From Epithemia pelagica (lineage: Eukaryota; Protista; Bacillariophyta): a DNA stretch of 64,000 nt. Positions within the stretch are counted from its first letter, which is position 1; every line of letters starts with the position of its first letter. A program made the position numbers and the translations under genes. Shown here piece by piece: positions 55,264-64,000 of the stretch. The stretch lies in the NCBI GenBank assembly GCA_946965045.2, contig OX337235.1, positions 1,674,001-1,738,000 of the forward strand, read 5' to 3'. A model generated the notes under the pieces. The model saw only the letters and a program-made list of their open reading frames with translations, made no database searches and had not been told where the DNA came from.

Positions 55264-56805
55264 TTACAAAGCTTCTGAATATTGTAATAAAGTTGCGAGG
55301 GCCGCAACGACATCAGTATACAAATCGATCATGTCTGACTGAGCTTCTCTGGACCGTGCCTGTTCCTGTGACCGCCATCGGTTGTTGAGTACCACCACAT
55401 CTTTGGGTATCTTTTGATTTCGTGCTTGAGTGGTGGAGCCTCTTCGCAGAGACCGTCGAAAGCTGTAAGTGGACAACGAGTCAATGTCATTACCCAATAG
55501 TTCCGGGTGTTGTTTCTGACATCCAATCAACAGTTCATGCAGCCACAAGTCCAATTGTTGAATGCTCACAGCTCTTTCCCCGCGAGGCGATGAACGAAAC
55601 AATGGTCCATATCTCGCTCCTGACTTCTCGTATGCTGCAAACAACCGGAGCAACCATTTCTTATTGGCGATTCCAGAGCGAGTTGTCTCTACCAACGGTA
55701 TCTTGTGCTTTTGTCTTGCAATGAGTCCTTTGAAACGCCCCTCCAGAGCTAATAACACGTGCGGGTACTTTGGATGTGTTATGCCTCTCTTGGTATATTC
55801 CATTGTTTCCATCAGGCGAATGTGTGCAAGTTCTTCTCCTCGCAGTGCGCTCGAAAATCCGAGTACGAGCGAGGCTCCCAAAGTAACAATTTCAAACAAC
55901 GATTCGTCGCCATTGTTCTCTTTCAGTTGTTGGTATTGCAGCTCAAGCATTCTCTCCAACTCGAGAAGTAACTCGATGGACATCGCCGCATCTTGGATTT
56001 TGACGTCACCCATTCTCTCATGGCAGCCGTCCATGAAACGCTTAAACCACAAGGAATTGGCTACACTCTCCGTAATTCGTGTTGATCTTCTTCCATCGCT
56101 CAACACTGCTCCTCGACTTCCTGATACAGTCGTGTGAATGAAATTGGAGAAGGTGGACCGTACGCCTCTCATTGTATCCCACTGGATGGTCTTGGAATTG
56201 CGTCCTTTGTCCAAGGATCGCTGGAGCGAGATCATAGCCGGGATCATCCCCATCACATCTTCGATGGGGTAAGGTCCTCGCCGATGGATGGAAGTTGGTG
56301 ATGCAATTCGCAATGATTCCAGGATTCTCATTGACCGAGCCATCTCCCGAGTGTTGCCTTGAACGGTACTCGTGCGTCTGGCCCAGAAGGCGTCTAGATT
56401 TGCGCGTATAATGCACTTTAACGCCCACTTGTCTTCTTCGCTCTCCATGTTAGGATCTCTTTTAAACACGTTCCTGAAATGGCAGAGTTCACATTGAAAA
56501 GGGGTTATCAGGTGATCTCCTGGTCGAGCGTGACAAAACCATGCATCCAGTACTTTCTTTTCTGCCATAGTCGTTTCCCATCCCTCGTCTTCTTCAACCA
56601 ACTTTCCATTCTCGTCTATCTCGAACTGTTTAGGTTTGAGGTCTCTAGGGAACGGGTCTTGGTCTCCTGGAACTACATAGCAGTGAGCATGATATGCCCC
56701 CAGGCATGGCTTCCAGTGCCCGCGCGCATATCCATAGTTTGCGCAAATAATCCCGCGCGTGTGCGAAAGATTTCCGGTGCATCTGACGCAACACATCTCG
56801 GTCAT
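55264..56805 (-). CDS. Tyrosine recombinase with Cys/His-rich N-terminus
   Basis: ALRGEE (Arg), GRFKG (Lys), SLRRG (H/S-x-x-R), NRW (Trp), DLYTD (Tyr). CVRC/CANY/CELC motifs. Overlaps the RT/RH ORF. Confidence 0.92.
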   Translation of the reverse strand: MTEMCCVRCTGNLSHTRGIICANYGYARGHWKPCLGAYHAHCYVVPGDQDPFPRDLKPKQFEIDENGKLVEEDEGWETTMAEKKVLDAWFCHARPGDHLITPFQCELCHFRNVFKRDPNMESEEDKWALKCIIRANLDAFWARRTSTVQGNTREMARSMRILESLRIASPTSIHRRGPYPIEDVMGMIPAMISLQRSLDKGRNSKTIQWDTMRGVRSTFSNFIHTTVSGSRGAVLSDGRRSTRITESVANSLWFKRFMDGCHERMGDVKIQDAAMSIELLLELERMLELQYQQLKENNGDESLFEIVTLGASLVLGFSSALRGEELAHIRLMETMEYTKRGITHPKYPHVLLALEGRFKGLIARQKHKIPLVETTRSGIANKKWLLRLFAAYEKSGARYGPLFRSSPRGERAVSIQQLDLWLHELLIGCQKQHPELLGNDIDSLSTYSFRRSLRRGSTTQARNQKIPKDVVVLNNRWRSQEQARSREAQSDMIDLYTDVVAALATLLQYSEAL

Positions 56806-58387
56806 CACGGAGAAGCTCCGTGAATTTAACTCTCCAAGGATTTCTGTTTAGAAGAGGAAAGGCGAAGGCAATCGTTAGCGGTTCGTGTTCTAACTCTTTC
56901 GGCCAAATCGTATTCTCGAAGGGCAAAACACAAAACATGTCGGATGCTTTAGCCAACATCCGTCGCCACCGTCCGCTCATCAGTGAAGGTGCGATGAAAA
57001 TGTGCGTATTCCACGGCCGTACATGCCAAGCCTCGGCCATCGTGAAGACCGCGACATCGGCTAGACAAGGAGGTGGAAGCCACACGAAGACTCCGTTGTT
57101 ATCTGTTGGTTTTGAGAACCAATCGTTCATCTTTAATACGTGCACTTGATCCGTATCGTCTACCAAGCGACGAAGTAAAGACGAGATGACTCTTGGCTGT
57201 CTTTGGTCGACGGTGAGGTGTAACGGGACGAAATCAAGCATCGCATCCCCACGCATTACCCCACTCGTCAGATCTGATCTTGACAAACCATCGGTCCCTT
57301 GCGTGATCATCCTTTTACCCGCCACCCATACAAAGTGTATAAAGGCCTCTCCTTTCATCAACACACGATGAAGACGGAACATGAGACTCAACACTTCCGG
57401 TGACTTGGCTGTGCCACGGTAAAAGGCAGATTCCGCGTGCATGTTGTCGGTGAAGATAAAGACTTCCGCCAATGAGTTAAGACGATCCTCCTCCGACAAT
57501 TGTTCTATCTTCATCACAATGTTTGCAAGTTCTCTGAAATTGGATGAAGATCCTTGCATTGCTTTCGGGTCCCATGCTCCAAAATCAACCTCAACTTGAT
57601 GATCACCAGGAGTCCAGCCCGACATTCCAAAGCCAGCTCCTGATGCATCTCCGAAGAAGTAGCGCACGGTGGCTCCTTGTTTGTCTGGTCTTAACATACG
57701 CCGTGGTGGTGATGACGCGGAGGTCAAGGATTCCAGGGCTTCAATGTCAAAACGCATTCGAGAGACCATCCGAACTCGCTTCGGAGTTTCAAGGCCCAGG
57801 GGATCTTGTAGATGCAACGTGTCTGATCCAATCTTCCACCCCTTATCATCGCGATCCGGTCGCCAGCTGTTCAGCGTGGCATAAACGCCATTTAGATATA
57901 TTCTGATAACAGGGAAAGCTCGTCCCACATGGTTGAGAAAACCTGCCACCTGTCTAAGCGTCTTACTGTTCATAGTGTCTTTCGGGGTTGCGGTAGCTAA
58001 CTGATCCATTTCCTCTCGTAGACGTCCCACTTCTTTCTTAGTCTTTTCCCATTTTTCTTGGGACACGGTTTTGTAGGGTCGGCGTGGTTCTGTTCCACAC
58101 ACTACACCTGCCCACGCCCCTGGACTCTGGGTTTGTTCTCGTCGTTTTCGGGCGGCGTCTTGCACGCCATGGAACGACGCTGTTTTGGCGATTCGCGAAC
58201 TCACTTGCCATGCATCTTCGGCCATAGGTCCCGTTCCTCTCAAGTCGTCCACATAATCATGGGCATCAGCTGCCAATTCTCCAGTCGATCGATACTTAGC
58301 TATCCACGGCACACCGGGCTGGTAGTCCACAGTTCCTGGTAGGTTCACTCGTACCGACGACCACAAAAAACCCGTTTTCTTCGTCAC
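56645..58387 (-). CDS. pol: YR element pol, 3' part: RT (YVDD), RNase H, methyltransferase-like domain
   Basis: HDYVDD, GDASGAGFG, SNFREL, FTDN, QGTDGLSR, WLPPP...FIAPSL...W. Confidence 0.92.
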   Translation of the reverse strand: MTKKTGFLWSSVRVNLPGTVDYQPGVPWIAKYRSTGELAADAHDYVDDLRGTGPMAEDAWQVSSRIAKTASFHGVQDAARKRREQTQSPGAWAGVVCGTEPRRPYKTVSQEKWEKTKKEVGRLREEMDQLATATPKDTMNSKTLRQVAGFLNHVGRAFPVIRIYLNGVYATLNSWRPDRDDKGWKIGSDTLHLQDPLGLETPKRVRMVSRMRFDIEALESLTSASSPPRRMLRPDKQGATVRYFFGDASGAGFGMSGWTPGDHQVEVDFGAWDPKAMQGSSSNFRELANIVMKIEQLSEEDRLNSLAEVFIFTDNMHAESAFYRGTAKSPEVLSLMFRLHRVLMKGEAFIHFVWVAGKRMITQGTDGLSRSDLTSGVMRGDAMLDFVPLHLTVDQRQPRVISSLLRRLVDDTDQVHVLKMNDWFSKPTDNNGVFVWLPPPCLADVAVFTMAEAWHVRPWNTHIFIAPSLMSGRWRRMLAKASDMFCVLPFENTIWPKELEHEPLTIAFAFPLLNRNPWRVKFTELLRDDRDVLRQMHRKSFAHARDYLRKLWICARALEAMPGGISCSLLCSSRRPRPVP

Positions 58388-60440
58388 TTGGGTCGCCCAT
58401 CATGACGCGCTTGAGTCGCCTTGTTTGCTGGACGGTATTGAATGGCGAAGGACTTTGTCCCATGGGACATCTATACCATCCTTCGATGTACAATTCGCCT
58501 GTCTCTGTTTCTCCGAATAGAGGCGTGAGATCCATCCCACTAAACTCTTGGAGTTCGGGGTGGATCCAAAAATTTAGGAACATTTCCCCATAATCATTAT
58601 CAACGCACCAGTACGAGTCGTCCAAGGTGCGAACTAACACGTCTGCATCCGGAAGAGGGAACCAAGGTGCGTATAAACAATCATTCAATCCACTCTTGGT
58701 GCCATCATAAACCATTCTAATATCTGTTTCGCCCTTTGGGACCGCGAAATAGTTCATGGTGGCTTTCCATTGACCCGGCCCCACATACTTCTTTAGACAA
58801 ACGTCGTCAAGCTTTTCCTTGATCTTTGTAATGGTCTCTTCGTCTCCCAAACCTTGCTGTGGCTCCAAGATCTGGCGAGGCACCCCAGTCCAGAGCGGTG
58901 GGACGCCGAGAGCCACATCTCTGATGTATTCTTGAGGCCATCGCCAGAAAAAGACACCTGATCCTGCGGGCCAACTCCAGAAATCAGCTTGGAATGCTTG
59001 ACGACACGCTTGCCATCCTCGCTCATGCAAGACTTTCCACCAGCGAGGTTCATTATATTTGATATTTTTGTTCCACCAATCAACCCACGAGCGGATGACA
59101 TTCCTTTTCCAGCGACGCAGCATGGCTGATCGCAGAATGGCGAATGCTCTTCGATGGTTGTCTTGAAGACGAGCGTGACCCAACAAATACCGCACCCGGT
59201 CGTCCCACAAGTCGACTGGGACCGCTGCTTTGTCGTGCTTGACGGCCTTCTCTGAGGTGGTATCGACCCCCGTGTCCTTGGGGCGACGATAGTCGTTCAA
59301 CCTGTCTCTTCGGAACAGCCCCCTGCTCATGGATGATGCACTGTCGATGCTTGCAACTGGATCGACAGTTCCGGCGTTCAACTCGCTCTTCTGTTGGTTT
59401 ACCGTCATTTCTGCTGAGAGACGACTTCGCTTGATACTCGGGAATTTATACCCGTCGTCCTCTTCCTCGTTGATGCGATCCCGTTTTTTCGTCCACTCTA
59501 CAAGGCAGGCGCCGATTGCCGCAGCAACCTTGATGGGGCTTGTCAATTCCCTCACCACCACCTCACTTGTGGATTCATTCATCGTTTTCGCTAAGGAAGA
59601 AGGAACATCCAAGCAAGACGAGACTTCCGACACTGTCAAACGCCGCTTGGTCCTCATGGACCCGAACACTGTTGGTAGTGTCCACAACTTCTTTCTTTTC
59701 TTCTGGATAGTTTCACAGTCCACTTGATTTCTGTTGGTCTCAGACGATGGTTCAATATCCTCTCGAACTCGTTTGCCTGTCTGTTTCTTGTCGAGCAAAT
59801 CTTCGAATGAACTATCAGCGCCTTGCAAGATTTCTTCTTCCCAAAAGGTCGCTGCTGAAACCGACTCGCTGTCCTTTCTCGTCCAAACATGAAATTGACA
59901 ACTCCAGTTGGTCACCCCTCCCAATTGTGCATGGTTAAGCGCTCGTGACGACGCTGCCCAATTGCTCGGGGATTTGCCTCTGAGGGAGCGTTGTGCCAAG
60001 ACGACTTGAGTGGAACGTTTCCAGAATTCTGAGCTGGCTCTGGGTGGTTGATACTTTCCTTCAAACACAACAACGTCGCAAGCCGGCAGTTCCATGAGCA
60101 CATCTTCAATAGAATGTGCGTCTGTCTTGGTGGGAGGTTGCGTGCTTAGCCACCGTATTTCCGTGTTCTTGGGGACTAAGTTCTCCCAATGCTGCTGGTT
60201 GTCAGGAAGCGTCAACCATTGGAGCTGACAGTTGGTCAAGTTGTCCGTCAGAAACAACCACGCCGGCAACCCGTCGGATACAATTCCCAAACGCAAGTTC
60301 CCGGGAGTCAGGGATACTTGCCTCCTGATCCAAGACGAGTAGGTCTCCGTGATGGGCGTTTCCTTGAACTGCTCTCTTCTGCTGACCCCATCCGGGTCTT
60401 TTCCTTCTTCATCTTTCTTTCTCTCTTCTTTGGCTTCTAC
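58296..60440 (-). CDS. pol: YR element pol, 5' part (N-terminal extension + first half of RT); separated from the 3' part by a 1-nt frameshift in T6 at 58365-58370
   Basis: YFAVPKG...IRMVYDG...GLN...PWFPLP...DNDYGEMFLNF...MGQSPSPF are RT motifs. The reading frame is open from the codon after the gag stop. Confidence 0.88.
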   Translation of the reverse strand, partial: VEAKEERKKDEEGKDPDGVSRREQFKETPITETYSSWIRRQVSLTPGNLRLGIVSDGLPAWLFLTDNLTNCQLQWLTLPDNQQHWENLVPKNTEIRWLSTQPPTKTDAHSIEDVLMELPACDVVVFEGKYQPPRASSEFWKRSTQVVLAQRSLRGKSPSNWAASSRALNHAQLGGVTNWSCQFHVWTRKDSESVSAATFWEEEILQGADSSFEDLLDKKQTGKRVREDIEPSSETNRNQVDCETIQKKRKKLWTLPTVFGSMRTKRRLTVSEVSSCLDVPSSLAKTMNESTSEVVVRELTSPIKVAAAIGACLVEWTKKRDRINEEEDDGYKFPSIKRSRLSAEMTVNQQKSELNAGTVDPVASIDSASSMSRGLFRRDRLNDYRRPKDTGVDTTSEKAVKHDKAAVPVDLWDDRVRYLLGHARLQDNHRRAFAILRSAMLRRWKRNVIRSWVDWWNKNIKYNEPRWWKVLHERGWQACRQAFQADFWSWPAGSGVFFWRWPQEYIRDVALGVPPLWTGVPRQILEPQQGLGDEETITKIKEKLDDVCLKKYVGPGQWKATMNYFAVPKGETDIRMVYDGTKSGLNDCLYAPWFPLPDADVLVRTLDDSYWCVDNDYGEMFLNFWIHPELQEFSGMDLTPLFGETETGELYIEGWYRCPMGQSPSPFNTVQQTRRLKRVMMGDPSDEENGFFVVVGTSEPTRNCGLPARCAVDS

Positions 60441-63278
60441 TCACGCCTGATCCGAGTTTTCTTTATTCGCTTTGGCTTTCTTCGATGGTAAACGTCCTTG
60501 CAAGTTTTTGACTTGGCTTTCAACAGCATCAACTTTCCTTTTTGCTTGTTGTGCTTCACTCAGTGCTTTCTTGACATCATCTACGATGGGATTAACATCG
60601 TCGTGGAAGCTTACCACATCAAGCAAGAAATGCGTTAGCATCGGACCCACCTTGGGGTGGTTTTTGAAATTATGGTCCAGAAATTCCTTCTGCAATCGAT
60701 GAGATTGAAGAACAGACCAAAGCAATTCCGGAGCTCGGTCTGGCGAAGTCGCCTGGTTGAGCGTGATTTCACTGCAACCTCGTCTTGGTTGACTAATGAC
60801 CTCAAAGACAATTCTGGTGATATTTTGTACGAGGTCCCATCGACGTGTCTCCGAGAGCTTGGTGTCGGCTCCATAATCTTCAACTTGGTCCTTCATGAAT
60901 ATGAAGAGAGAGTCGAGAAAATTCCGAGACTCCGTCAGCAAAAAGCGCGCTATCGCTTTCGCTTCTCGAGACATGGTTGATGCTTCAATCTCAGACAACA
61001 ACGGTGGGTACTTGTCGGCGATCATTTTCCGAATCATATTTGCCGCTCCCATGTCTCTTGACCCTGACCCCTTGAATTTTTGATACGTGTCCATTCGGGC
61101 CAGTTTTCTTGGATTAGTTCGGGCCTGGTCCGGTGTCCCGGCCAATGCCGTGGGTGCAATCAGCTGAAACGAATACAGTCCCTTTTGATCACTGGGCGAC
61201 TCCATGTTGGAACGTTGTCCGCAATAGTGGACGTCCACGTTTTCCGTGAAACTCTGCGATCCCGTTGTGGTTTTTTCCATAAGACTGATCGCATCCACAA
61301 ACTTCAGAACAGAGGAAGGGACGTTGTTGGAAGCAACAAAAGCCGCGACCTGCGACAAGGAAGAAAATTGCTTGCCCTCAATCTCGACAGTATAATTCTC
61401 TGAACGTGCTTCAATATCTGTGAGGCGCACTCTGTTGAGCTCGCTTTCCTCTTCCAATTTAACAATCAACCGCTTGATGTCTTCAACTTCTGCTTGAGAC
61501 AAATTGAAAAGCGATGACTGTCCATTGGTGCCGCCTGCGGCCCGAACAGCATCCGCTGTCGTCCGTCGAATGTGCTCCTCGAATTCAGACAATCCACCTC
61601 GAATAAAAAACTTCTCAGCTACCTTGAGGGTGGGTGAAACCTTCGACAGCTCCGCCCAAATGGCTTTGTTCACCTCGCCTGTGAGCATGGCTACGACTTC
61701 TTTCCTGGACGAATGGATGGCCTCGACCTTCGTGTCATGTAGCTTGTTGGTCAGTGTATTGATTGAATCATACATTCGTTGAAAGCTGGCCCCGTGGAGA
61801 GCCTGTGTTTCCTTGATGGCTTCCAACAACGCCGGGTTAATCTTCTTTTCCTCTTGATTCTGATGCCACTCGCTAATGGCTTGCCATACCGTCGTGGCTC
61901 CTGAATCTTCAGGAGGAGCTCCCAACAATCCACTAAGGACATTCACCTTGTCCACAAGTACATTCAGGAGTTGGTTTTGCTCCGCTTGGCGCAATCGCAT
62001 GGTCGTGAGTTCCGACGCTGTGGCGCGTTGTACCTGAGCCGTGGTAACCGTGTTGCGGGACACTCGGTTTTTAAAAGTATCTTCGTCAAGCAATGGATCT
62101 ACATCTTCCAATTCGCTCTCTTCACTGGTTGGGGAAGGTACTTCCACGTCTTCCAATTCCAAGCGACGAGCTGGGGTGAAAGCCGTTTGGGTTGCATCAG
62201 CTTGGAGCTGCTCTACCGATTTGTGACGAAGAGGCGTCCCTGGCAAAGCGCTACTCGCTAGCTCCCTTTCCTGACCCTGCATCTCGCCACTGAGCATTGC
62301 GAACATAGACGACCATAGCCATACGGGCTTATGAGCTTGGAGCATTTCTTGAACCTTGGAGCGACCCAACCGAGTTGTTTCCAAGAACGGGTCTTGAAAA
62401 GCAAGCGTCGGAAGCTGGCCATGGTTAAGATTGCCTTTCGGCACAGGGACGCAAATGAACAAACATTCTTCGATGCCTTGGTCTCGAAGACTGCCCAGGA
62501 ACGAAGATGCCTTGCGATGCGATTTCTTGGGGCACTGGCCCTTGAGATGGAGGCAAAACTTGCCCGCAACTCCCACGACTGCACCACAAAACTTGTCTTC
62601 CTTTAAATCCACTGCAAATAGAGCAACCGAATTTTGCAACTCGGCAGGATAGTTCACACTAGGGTTAGTCTCAGCAATCGCGGGAAGCTCACCTTTCGTA
62701 AGATTGGACCGAGCGTCCGGATGGAAGGACACTTCTCGCGTCTCCGCGAGGCCGTAATCCGCAAACTGACTCGTGTCGCGAGCCACCTTAGCCGCTTCCG
62801 GTTTAACGATACTCTTGAACAAACTAGCGGAAGATTCGCGTCCCTCGTTCGAACTTTCCTGCACCGAGAAACGATTCGCAGCCTTAGCTTCCACGCAAAG
62901 AGTGGCCGCAAGCAAATCCGTCTCCGTGAGACCGCCTAACGAGAAGGACTCGCGACTTTCCGTGCTCGCACCGGGATCCATCGTGGCATCCACTAAGAAC
63001 TGGTCCCCAAACGAACGACCGGAGGGCACGGACACAAAATCCCCCCCCATACTAGCCGACGCAGAGCCACGAGAGCCCCGCGCCGAAGGGTCCTGCACAG
63101 TCGATACGCCCACCCCCAAGCCAAGGTCCGACAAAGCCACCGCGAGTTCACCCGAAGGAGACGTGAGCGGCGGAGCAGGAGGCGGAAAAGACACCGGGGA
63201 AGCGGAACGCTCAGTACGCGAACCAGAACGCAAATCGCGATAAAGCGAAGCGCGAGCAGAGAAGCCAGACGAAGACAT
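60441..63278 (-). CDS. gag: YR element ORF1 (gag-like, 945 aa; Cys/His cluster and coiled coils)
   Basis: First ORF after repeat A1. CGAVVGVAGKFCLHLKGQCPKKSH motif. Confidence 0.82.
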   Translation of the reverse strand: MSSSGFSARASLYRDLRSGSRTERSASPVSFPPPAPPLTSPSGELAVALSDLGLGVGVSTVQDPSARGSRGSASASMGGDFVSVPSGRSFGDQFLVDATMDPGASTESRESFSLGGLTETDLLAATLCVEAKAANRFSVQESSNEGRESSASLFKSIVKPEAAKVARDTSQFADYGLAETREVSFHPDARSNLTKGELPAIAETNPSVNYPAELQNSVALFAVDLKEDKFCGAVVGVAGKFCLHLKGQCPKKSHRKASSFLGSLRDQGIEECLFICVPVPKGNLNHGQLPTLAFQDPFLETTRLGRSKVQEMLQAHKPVWLWSSMFAMLSGEMQGQERELASSALPGTPLRHKSVEQLQADATQTAFTPARRLELEDVEVPSPTSEESELEDVDPLLDEDTFKNRVSRNTVTTAQVQRATASELTTMRLRQAEQNQLLNVLVDKVNVLSGLLGAPPEDSGATTVWQAISEWHQNQEEKKINPALLEAIKETQALHGASFQRMYDSINTLTNKLHDTKVEAIHSSRKEVVAMLTGEVNKAIWAELSKVSPTLKVAEKFFIRGGLSEFEEHIRRTTADAVRAAGGTNGQSSLFNLSQAEVEDIKRLIVKLEEESELNRVRLTDIEARSENYTVEIEGKQFSSLSQVAAFVASNNVPSSVLKFVDAISLMEKTTTGSQSFTENVDVHYCGQRSNMESPSDQKGLYSFQLIAPTALAGTPDQARTNPRKLARMDTYQKFKGSGSRDMGAANMIRKMIADKYPPLLSEIEASTMSREAKAIARFLLTESRNFLDSLFIFMKDQVEDYGADTKLSETRRWDLVQNITRIVFEVISQPRRGCSEITLNQATSPDRAPELLWSVLQSHRLQKEFLDHNFKNHPKVGPMLTHFLLDVVSFHDDVNPIVDDVKKALSEAQQAKRKVDAVESQVKNLQGRLPSKKAKANKENSDQA

Positions 63279-63307
63279 GGGGGCGGTGGCAGGGCGAAAT
63301 CGACAAC

Positions 63308-63569
63308 AAACAAAATTCAGATAGTCACAAGAAGAGATACAATACCTGCAACGTATAGCACCTCAACCAACAATCAACCTGAAAGACAGTGACCCGATCA
63401 ACTTTCATTCCAAAGTTGAGTTCATGCAAACTGGTAGATCTTTGATCTTCAAGATACGCACGAAATCTCTTTGGGATATTCGGTCGCTTATTCGACCCGT
63501 GTGTCAGTTGTTCATTCGTCAGTTTACCTCTTGATTCTTGTATTGCCAGATTAGCTTGAGCACATTAAG
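63308..63569 (-). repeat. Split direct repeat A1 (262 bp), 5' terminus of the YR element
   Basis: Copy of 54526-54787. Confidence 0.93.
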
Positions 63570-63715
63570 AGTTTCCAGTCGTGTGTCCGATGTTTCCACG
63601 TTGTTTCCATTTGATTCCACTTGTTTCCATTGTTTCCAGTCGTGTTTCCACTTGTTCCCGATGTTTCCAGTCACGCTTCCAGTTTTGGCGATATGTTTCC
63701 ACTCGTGTTTCTAGA
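63570..63715. repeat. Degenerate TGTTTCCA tandem array (right half of the interrupted array)
   Basis: More than 10 variants of (T/A)GTTTCCA, including TTTCCAGTCGTG as at 52937-53130. Confidence 0.8.
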
Positions 63716-64000
63716 AAAGTCATTAAATATTTTGTTTACCCCTGTGTCGTAGAGGACTCAAATTCATGTCCTTGTTTCTAATTTAAATAAATAATAGAGT
63801 GTGTGTGGTTCGCATCTTCAGAAACATATCATCACCACTAATTGGAAAACTCAATGCTTAAAAATCCTTATCCCTATAATAGGAAGCAGTCATTTTGGCC
63901 ACTGGGAACAATATTCGTAGGTGTCCCTGTGACTGATCATCGGCAAGTGTGTTGGGCCAGATTTTTAAGTCCCGTTTCTCCCATCGATTCGTACAATCAA

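Larger units (their letters stand above)
54064..63569 (-). mobile_element. Tyrosine-recombinase retrotransposon (DIRS order, PAT-like) with split direct repeats A1-ORFs-B1-A2-B2
   Basis: Two repeat pairs (262 bp and 439 bp, one mismatch found in each). ORFs gag, RT-RH-MT and YR all on the minus strand. 2-bp AG core at both ends and at the internal B1/A2 junction. Confidence 0.95.

Noticed and set aside
58360-58375. Programmed -1 frameshift at GGGTTTT
   Set aside because: The heptamer is in the wrong phase, the required shift is +1, and it lies in the middle of the RT catalytic domain.
6774-60443. UGA reassigned to a sense codon genome-wide, explaining the in-frame TGAs
   Set aside because: Host genes mutS2, the aminotransferase and the J/X-domain gene end normally at TGA, and no host CDS needs an internal TGA.

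Overview
Eukaryotic nuclear DNA, most likely from a diatom. The evidence is short GT-AG introns, bipartite signal+Phe plastid presequences and CoDi-like retrotransposons. The window holds about 20 host genes (UGGT 3' end, OB-fold tRNA-binding protein, MutS2, RDD protein, two J-proteins, apyrase, Whirly, phytochelatin synthase, DUF2358, fibrillin, class-V aminotransferase, VPS52, RPL29, two alpha/beta-hydrolases, PMCA-type Ca2+-ATPase, a large acidic membrane protein) and two young mobile-element complexes. (1) 6535-18579: a minus-strand Ty1/copia element with CG-ended 191-bp LTRs, carrying a nested plus-strand non-autonomous copia (10425-16142). Neither has a normal tRNA 3'-end primer site. 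Each PBS instead looks complementary to a tRNA anticodon arm ending at nt 40 (Asn-like for the inner element, Ile-like for the outer). (2) 54064-63569: a near-intact tyrosine-recombinase retrotransposon with split direct repeats (A1-gag-pol-YR-B1-A2-B2, PAT-like), inserted at an AG core inside a TGTTTCC repeat array next to a MITE. In both the outer copia and the YR element, gag and pol are in one frame separated by a single UGA. All calls come from reading the sequence and recognising motifs; no database searches were run.
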